From Octopus vulgaris (taxonomy: Eukaryota): a stretch of 8,423 nucleotides of DNA. This document shows positions 1 to 8,423 of the stretch, one piece after another (the first letter of the stretch is position 1; each line of letters begins with the position of its first letter). The stretch covers positions 1 through 8,423 of the forward strand of contig CATOCA020000074.1 in the NCBI GenBank assembly GCA_951406725.2, in the 5' to 3' direction. Under the pieces are notes generated by a model that made no database searches, was not told where the DNA came from, and saw nothing but the letters and a program-made list of their open reading frames with translations. Position numbers and translations under genes: made by a program.

Positions 1-1
1 A

Positions 2-349
2 TCGGAGGCCCTACCAAAACCGCACGGACGCGAGACAGAGGTCCCTCCTCAGGGAGAACAAAAACAAAAAGTTAAAAGAAGAGAAAAAAGCACACTGACC
101 ACTACTGAAAGACGGTATGCAGATGTGGTGCATGGAAACCCAACAGGTGGCCAGCTTCACCCAGATGTGAGAAGGGTGGCAGCTGAACAGCAATCTTTTT
201 TGTGCATGGCACAAAAAATTGTTCAGCAACTGACCTGGCTACAAGCACAAAGCTGGAACTACCACCACATAAGGCCACCTCCAACAGATGCAGGATGGCC
301 ACCACAGACACCAACACCAACACACACACCACAAAAATATTTCTACTGA
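2..349 (+). CDS. C-terminal part of putative LINE ORF1 (open from the window edge)
   Basis: The frame is open from base 2 to TGA at 347-349 (SEALPKPHGRETEVPPQGEQKQKVKRREK...RRYADVVHG...QQSFLCMAQ...YFY*). It is basic and Pro-rich, has a YADVV motif typical of LINE ORF1 tails, and overlaps the start of ORF2. Confidence 0.6.
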   Translation, partial: SEALPKPHGRETEVPPQGEQKQKVKRREKSTLTTTERRYADVVHGNPTGGQLHPDVRRVAAEQQSFLCMAQKIVQQLTWLQAQSWNYHHIRPPPTDAGWPPQTPTPTHTPQKYFY

Positions 350-2526
350 ATATAGGAGGGCTGCTGCGCGGAAACTGTAAAAAGAAAATTTCATTCCTGA
401 GAGACCTTGCGACATGCAATCAAGCTATATGCATGGCACTCACAGAAACGCATCTTGAACCCGATATAGGTGATGCAGAAATACACATGCCGCAATATGC
501 AGTCATACGCACAGATAGAAAAGGGAGGAGCCATGGTGGAGTTGCAATGTACATCCGAGATGACCTCACGCCCCAGGTCCTGCTGTCATATTCAAACTCA
601 GTATGTGAAACTCAAATTGTACACATAAGACAACTGAATATCGTCATATGCACTACATATCGCCCACCAGATGCCCCAAAACACTCAGGCATGTTTGAAG
701 ACTGCCTAACAAAAATAGGAGAAGTCCTCACCAACCTTGAACAGCACAACAGTGTATTCTTCATGGGTGACTTTAACCTCCCCAATGTGGAATGGCCTGG
801 GGGGCAGATGCTCCAGGGATGACACACCATCAGCAGGCACAGGTGGAGTCCCTGCTCCATCACACAAATGCCTCTTTCATGGAGCAAATAGTTCTGCAAC
901 CAACAAGGGCAGATAATATACTGGATCTCTGCTTCACAAACAATATGGATATTATCCATAATGTTAATGTGATGCCGACAATGATCTCGGATCACAATAT
1001 AATAGAGCTGTCTATGTATGGAACAAAAGCCCCCGTAGACACACAGCCTATACGAAGCACCCACCATCTCTCCAACTTAAACTTTCATAAAGCCAACTGG
1101 AAGTTGATTGAGAAAGAGATCCTCAAACAGGATTGGCCTGAATGTCTCTCCACACCGGACATAAACATGAAACACAAACACTTCATGTCCATAATACAAG
1201 CCATATGTGACAAATATGTCCCAGTGTGCAGGGCCAGCACACACAAGAACAAAAACAGGATCCCTAGAGAAAGGAGGATTCTTATGAGACGACGGACAAG
1301 GATTGCAAACCGCCTGAGCAAGCACACCAAAAGTGGTGAGAAGTCTCGGCTCGAAAGAATGCTAATGGAAACTGAGAAAAGTCTACATCAGTCCCATGAA
1401 AAGGAGAGAGCAGATAAAGAAGCTTGGGTAATAGAAAATATAAAATCAAACACTAAAGCTTTCTTTAAGTTTGCCAAAGAGATAGCCACAGTGCACCAGA
1501 GAATAGGACCTCTCTTCCAAAAAGATGGCTCTCTCACAGGAAATCCCACGAGGATAAGTGAAATACTGAACGAACAGTTCCAAAGTGTGTTCACTACACC
1601 TCTAGGACACAGGCAAGTAAACAACCCAGAAGAATTCTTTGCCACTTTACCTGCGGCCAAAGAGACAAAAATTGAGTACATCAACATCGAAGATGATGAT
1701 ATCACACTAGCCATTGATGAGATTGACACAAACTCAGCTGCTGGACCTGATGGATTCCCAGCGATCCTTCTCAAATCGTGCAAACGAGCCCTTGCAAAAC
1801 CGCTACAGCTTCTTTTTCAGAGCTTTCTTGCAAGTGGTAAGCTCCCAGTCAAATTGAAAGAGGGGGTAATATGCCCTATCCATAAGGGAGGTAGCAGAGC
1901 AGATGCTAAAAATTATAGGCCTATCTCTCTGACCTCACACATCAGCAAAGTCATGGAACGAATAGTCCGTAAGAAACTAATCATGTTCTTTGAAGAAAAT
2001 GACTTGCTGTCTGACACCCAGCATGGATTTCGACCAGGTAGAGGCTGCCTAACACAGCTCCTGCAACACTATGACTGGGTGTTGAAACAGCTACTAAATG
2101 GCTCAAATGTGGATGTAATATATCTCGACTTTGCAAAAGCCTTTGAGAAAGTCGATCTGTCACAAACTGCGTGGTCTCGGCATAGGCGGGAAACTTGGAG
2201 AGTGGCTGCACAACTTCCTAAAAGACAGAAAACAGGCAGTTAGAACCAGGCGCCACTGCGTAGTACCAAGGACCCCAAATTTGCCATCAAGATGTAGGAC
2301 AAGATATTGTGATAGCCTGGGCTTCAGAGGCCCACAGCTCTTCAATATCCTCCCGAAGAACCTGAGGGACCTGCATGGTGTAGATGCGGATGTCTTTAAA
2401 GTAGGACTGGATCTCTTCCTGTCAGGTGTCCCGGATGAACCAACTTCATGGCAGGAGGTGCAGATGAGGGCAGCTGCATCGAACTCTCTCATGCATCAGA
2501 TGGTGTTTGCTAAAAAGCATCCGTGA
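295..2526 (+). pseudogene. LINE ORF2 (APE endonuclease plus reverse transcriptase) pseudogene in three frame segments
   Basis: APE motifs: LLNIGGL, ALTETHL, RTDR..GGVAMYI, YRPP, GDFNLP, PTRADNILDL, SDHN. RT motifs: NSAAGPDG, NYRPISLTS, QHGFRPGR, YLDFAKAFEKVD. Frameshifts at ~799-814 and ~2155. RKQAV is joined directly to the C-terminal domain at ~2241, with no PQG or YADD motif. The ATG at 295 is a candidate start. Confidence 0.93.
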
Positions 2527-2594
2527 GGTAAAATCATGTAGCAAACCAAATGGTGGTGCCCCAGCATGGCCACAGCTCATTAGCTGAAACTGGA

Positions 2595-2616
2595 AAAATC
2601 AAAATCAAAATCAAAT
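2595..2616 (+). repeat. (AAAATC)n 3' tail of the CR1-like LINE
   Basis: aaaatc aaaatc aaaatc aaat lies about 70 nt after the ORF2 stop. CR1/L2-group elements end in short tandem repeats. Confidence 0.75.
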
Positions 2617-2891
2617 ATGTATGAGTAGTTGAATGAATTATCTTGTTATGGATAATTCGGTTAACCGATACCTGGGTAGCAAATTCACATCAGAGAAGAT
2701 ACGTTTGAAGTTACGTGCTTTCGTATGAAAATTTGTATGTTTTTTTTAAAATATAAATATAGTTTTCCTGATGAGAAAGCGGCATAATATACTCCTTATT
2801 CCTTCACAATTAGGAATATGCAGCCTTCGAAACATATGTCGAAAATAAAGGAATTTTGTTAATTCGTCGTTCAACTCCATTCTTTCTTTCA

Positions 2892-2894
<3 letters not shown>

Positions 2895-2970
<76 letters not shown>

Positions 2971-2993
2971 TTATATAATATATATATATTATA
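2895..2993. repeat. (TA)n microsatellite
   Basis: Directly visible, with a few interruptions. Confidence 0.97.
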
Positions 2994-3500
2994 CTAGCAG
3001 TATCGCCCGGCGTTGCTCGGATTTGTAACGGAAATAACTATATAAGCATTTTTAGAGAGTTACTTCCCTTATAAATTCGGGCTTTTCTTAGCCATTTTTG
3101 TTTTGGTGTCTTCAAGCCATGAAGTCGTTGTTCTAAAAGAACGCTGGTTTCCTTCACAACGCATTACGACGTTGATTTCTTTACACTCCCTTCCCCACAG
3201 CTTCACGAGGGAGGGAAGGGGGTGAAGCAAACAGGTGCAGGTGTGAGCGTGGACGCCAACTCCGCCGCCATCGACATACGATGCATTTTATGCATTAAAA
3301 TGGAATAAAAAAAGATGTTAAATTATTTTTAAAATTGTAGACTCATCGTTGATGCGCGCTAATAGTCAGACGGGCTCGATATGAATTACGAATATAAGAT
3401 ACCCGAATTTGGTTAAACTGCACCGCAAAATGTGGGAGGAGTTAGGAATCTAAATCGAAGGGGACAGACACTCACACAACTAGAGTTTTATATATATAGA
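2994..3500 (-). mobile_element. Non-autonomous Helitron (rolling-circle element), 507 bp
   Basis: The minus strand starts A|TCTATATATATAAAACTC (3500) and ends ..TCCGAGCAACGCCGGGCGATACTGCTAG|T (2994). This gives a 5' TC, a 3' CTAG, a GC-rich hairpin about 12 nt from the 3' end, and insertion between A and T, with no TIRs and no ORF. Confidence 0.85.
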
Positions 3501-4007
<507 letters not shown>

Positions 4008-4033
4008 ATCATCATCATCATCATCATCATCAT
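4008..4033 (-). repeat. (GAT)n / (ATC)8 3' tail of the RTE element
   Basis: (ATC)8AT on the + strand, immediately next to the terminal stem-loop. RTE elements end in short tandem repeats. Confidence 0.88.
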
Positions 4034-4036
4034 TAG

Positions 4037-4068
4037 CGTCCGTTTTCCATGCTAGCATGGGTTGGACG
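4037..4068 (-). other. 3'-terminal stem-loop of the RTE RNA (candidate RT recognition signal)
   Basis: A perfect 14-bp palindrome CCATGCTAGCATGG (4047-4060) is enclosed by CGTCC/GGACG arms (4037-4041, 4064-4068), 3 nt from the tail. Function is inferred from stringent-type LINEs. Confidence 0.65.
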
Positions 4069-4182
4069 GTTCAACTGGGGTCTGGGGAGCCCGAAGGCTG
4101 CACCAGGCCAGTCAGATCTGGCAGTGTTTCTACAGCTGGATGCCCTTCCTAACGCCAACCACTCCGAGAGTGTAGTGGGTGA

Positions 4183-4452
4183 TTTTATGTGCCACCGACA
4201 CAGGTGCCAAACGAGGCTGGCGAACGGCCACGCTCGGAAGGTGTTTTTATGTGCCACCGACACAGGTGCCAGACGAGGCTGGCAGACGGCCACGCTCGGA
4301 TGGTGTTTTTATGTGCCACCGACACAGGTGCCAGATGAGGCTGGCGGACGGCCACGATCGGATGGTGTTTGTTACGTCCCCAAAGCACGGAGGCCAGTCT
4401 ATGCGGTACTGGCTACGGCCACGTTCGGATGATTTTCTTGTGCCACCGGCCT
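4183..4452. repeat. Tandem ~62-bp modules (GTGCCACCGACACAGGTGCCAGATGAGGCTGGCGAACGGCCACGATCGGATGGTGTTTTTAT and variants)
   Basis: Module starts are at 4189, 4251 and 4313 (period 62), with diverged copies at ~4376 and ~4440. The same modules recur in every larger unit up to ~6260. Confidence 0.93.
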
Positions 4453-6431
4453 GGTACCACAAAGATACAAATTCCATTGATGTTCATCTATTTTGATTTG
4501 TTTTGATTTGATTTGATTTTCACTTGGCTCAACAGGTCTTCACAAGTGTCACAAGAAGGAAGGTATGCACAGGTGGACTGACTACGTCCCAGGTAGGGGC
4601 CACGGGTTATGGCCTGACTAGTCTTGCCGGGTCTTCGGAAGGTGTTTTTATGTGCCACCGACACAGGTGCCAGATGAGGCTGGCGAACGGCCACGATCGG
4701 ATGGTGTTTGTTGCGTGCCCACAGCACGGAGGCCAGTTGATGCGGTACTGGCTACGGCCACGTTCGGATGGTTTTCTTGTGTGCCACCGGCACTGGTACC
4801 ACAAGATACAAATTCCATTGATGTTCATCTATTTTGATTTGATTTGATTTGATTTTCACTTGCCTCAACAGGTCTTCACAAGTGTCACAAGAAGGAAGGA
4901 AGGTATGCACAGGTGGACTGACTACGTCCCAAGTAGGGGCCATGGGTTATGGCCTGACTAGTCTTGCCAGGTCTTCGGTTGGTGTTTTTATGTGCCACCG
5001 ACACAGGTGCCAGATGAGGCTGGCGGACGGCCACGATCGGATGGTGTTTGTTATGTGCCCACATCACAGAGGCCAGTCGATGCGGTACTGGCTACGGCCA
5101 TGTTCGGATGGTTTTCTTGTGTGCCACCGGTACTGGTACCACAAAGATACAAATTCCATTGATGTTCATCTATTTTGATTTGGTTTGATTTGATTTGATT
5201 TGATTTTGATTTTCACTTGCCTCAACAGGTCTACACAAGTGTCACACACTTGCCTCAACAGGTCTTCACAAGTGTCATAAGTAGGAAGGTATGCACAGGT
5301 GGACTGACTACGTCGCCGGGTCTTCGGATGGTGTTTTTATGTGCCACCGACACAGGTGCCAGATGAGGCTGGCGAACGGCCACGATCGGATGGTTTTCTT
5401 TTGTGCCACCGGTACTGGAACCACAAAGATACAAATTCCATTGATGTTCATTTATTTTGATTTGGTTTGATTTTCACTTGCCTCAACAGGTCTTCACAAG
5501 TGTCACACGTGTCACACACTTGCCTCAACAGGTCTCCACAAGTGTCACACACTTGCCTCTGCCTCAACAGGTCTTCACAAAGTGTCACACACTTGCCTCT
5601 GCCTCAACAGGTCTTCACAAGTGTCACACACTTGCCTCAACAGGTCTTCACAAGTGTCATAAGAGGGAAGGTATGCACAGGTGGACTGACTACGTCGCCG
5701 GGTCTTCGGATGGTGTTTTTATGTGCCACCGACACAGGTGCCAGATGAGGCTGGCGAACGGCCACGATCAGATGGTGTTTGTTGTGCCCACAGCACGGAG
5801 GCCAGTCGATGCGGTACTGGCTACGGCCACGTTCGGATGGTTTTCTTGTGTGCCACCGGTACTGGAACCACAAAGATACAAATTCCATTGATGTTCATCT
5901 ATTTTGATTTGGTTTGATTTGATTTTCACTTGCCTCAACAGGTCTTCACAAGGGTCACACACTTGCCTCAACAGGTCTCCACAAGTGTCACACACTTGCC
6001 TCTGCCTGAACAGGTCTTCACAAGTGTCACACACTTGCCTCAACAGGTCTTCACAAGTGTCATAAGAGGGAAGGTATGCACAGGTGGACTGACTACGTCG
6101 CCGGGTCTTCGGATGGTGTCTTTATGTGCCACCGACACAGGTGCCAGATGAGGCTGGCGAACGGCCACGATCGGATGGTGTTTGTTGTGCCCACAGCACG
6201 GAGGCCAGTCGATGCAGTACTGGCTACGGCCACGTTTGGGTGGTTTTTCTTGTGTGCCACCGGCTCAGGCATTTCTAAAGAATACAATTCCACTGATGTT
6301 CATCTATTTTGATTTGTTTGATTTGATTTTCACTTGCCTCAACAGGTCTTCATAAGTGTCACAAGAAGGAAGGTATGCACAGGAGGACTGACTACGTCCC
6401 AGGTAGGGGCCACGGATTGTAAGCACGGCCT

Positions 6432-6450
<19 letters not shown>
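4298..6450. repeat. Six tandem 339-403 bp units derived from the RTE 3' UTR
   Basis: The units are 4298-4636, 4637-4976, 4977-5325, 5326-5707, 5708-6110 and 6111-6450. Each ends in GCC(G/A)GGTCTTC and contains 62-bp modules, a (TTTGA)n patch and the block AAGGTATGCACAGG(T/A)GGACTGACTACGTC. Confidence 0.95.
5475..5659. repeat. 33-bp minisatellite (CACACTTGCCTCAACAGGTCTTCACAAGTGTCA), 5 copies
   Basis: Five copies with small insertions such as a TGCCTC duplication. There are 4 copies at ~5927-6062, 2 at ~5214-5277, and 1 in each other unit. Confidence 0.92.
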
Positions 6451-7148
<698 letters not shown>

Positions 7149-7276
7149 CCAATAAGTAATACTAAGTAATTAAGGGTTTAGCAACGAAACCCTTAATATC
7201 AGAATGGGGCTTTTACATGCCGAAATCTACTTGGTGTGATTGATAATTATTCCAAATTAATTAATTTCATATATTA

Positions 7277-8280
<1,004 letters not shown>

Positions 8281-8423
8281 CTACTTATATCATACTATAC
8301 TTTATATCATATACATCATTTTATATATTGCCTTTACTCATATGTAATGGATGTAAAAGTATATATGGAGTATCATCGGATAGTTGATTACTGATTTAAG
8401 TATGTTTCTCCATTCTCTAATTT

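Larger units (their letters stand above)
1..2616 (+). mobile_element. Non-LTR retrotransposon (LINE, CR1-like within the CR1/L2/Jockey group), disabled and internally deleted; its 5' part lies outside the window
   Basis: The order is ORF1 tail, APE endonuclease, RT, C-terminal domain, short 3' UTR, then an (AAAATC)3 tandem tail at 2595-2616. The C-terminal motifs GPQLFNILPKNLR..FKVGLDLFLSGVPDEP..AAASNSL resemble CR1-like elements; clade assignment is by recognition only. Confidence 0.92.

Noticed and set aside
792-2243. The 483-aa ORF as an intact or domesticated RT gene
   Set aside because: It starts in the middle of the endonuclease after a frameshift, goes out of frame after KVD, and lacks the PQG and YADD motifs.
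11-2492. Minus-strand ORFs over the CR1-like LINE
   Set aside because: They are antisense shadows of ORF1/ORF2 with no recognisable motifs.
4251-4300. HDV-like ribozyme (minus-strand CCAGCCUCGUCUGGC resembles HDV P3/L3)
   Set aside because: I found no P1 partner strand or P1.1/P2 nested double pseudoknot. The segment folds more simply as a GCCAG/CUGGC hairpin.
4332-4350. Hammerhead ribozyme core in the 62-bp module (CAGATGAGGCTGGCG(A/G)AC resembles CUGAUGA..GAAA)
   Set aside because: The core is CAGAUGA rather than CUGANGA and GAAC/GGAC rather than GAAA, there is no room for stem II, and it lies antisense to the RTE.
4491-4520. (TTTGA)n patches in the RTE units as tails of the CR1-like LINE
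   Set aside because: The unit is mostly the 5-mer AAATC rather than the 6-mer AAAATC, and the adjacent sequence does not match the LINE 3' UTR at 2527-2594.
4033-6312. Many short ORFs on both strands in the repeat array (MCHRHRCQMRL.., etc.)
   Set aside because: They are by-products of GC-rich tandem repeats. Frames are not preserved between units and no domain is recognisable.

Overview
This is eukaryotic, repeat-derived DNA with no intact host gene. From memory, the repeat families resemble those of Octopus (cephalopod); this was not checked by search. 1-2616 (+): a disabled CR1-like LINE with the ORF1 tail, an APE endonuclease, and an RT carrying two frameshifts and a large in-frame deletion that removes the PQG and YADD motifs, followed by a short structured 3' UTR and an (AAAATC)n tail. 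2994-3500 (-): a complete 507-bp non-autonomous Helitron (A|TC...hairpin...CTAG|T) inserted in (TA)n. 4008-6878 (-): a 5'-truncated RTE-clade LINE with a (GAT)n tail, also flanked by (TA)n. Its 3' UTR is expanded to about 2.4 kb by nested tandem repeats: six 339-403 bp units, about 19 copies of a ~62-bp hairpin plus candidate pseudoknot module, and a 33-bp minisatellite. The rest is (TA)n and poly(A), probably partly a sequencing artefact. The best leads are the multimerised structured-RNA module in the RTE 3' UTR and a correctly phased U_UUU_UUG slippery site in the LINE ORF1/ORF2 overlap.
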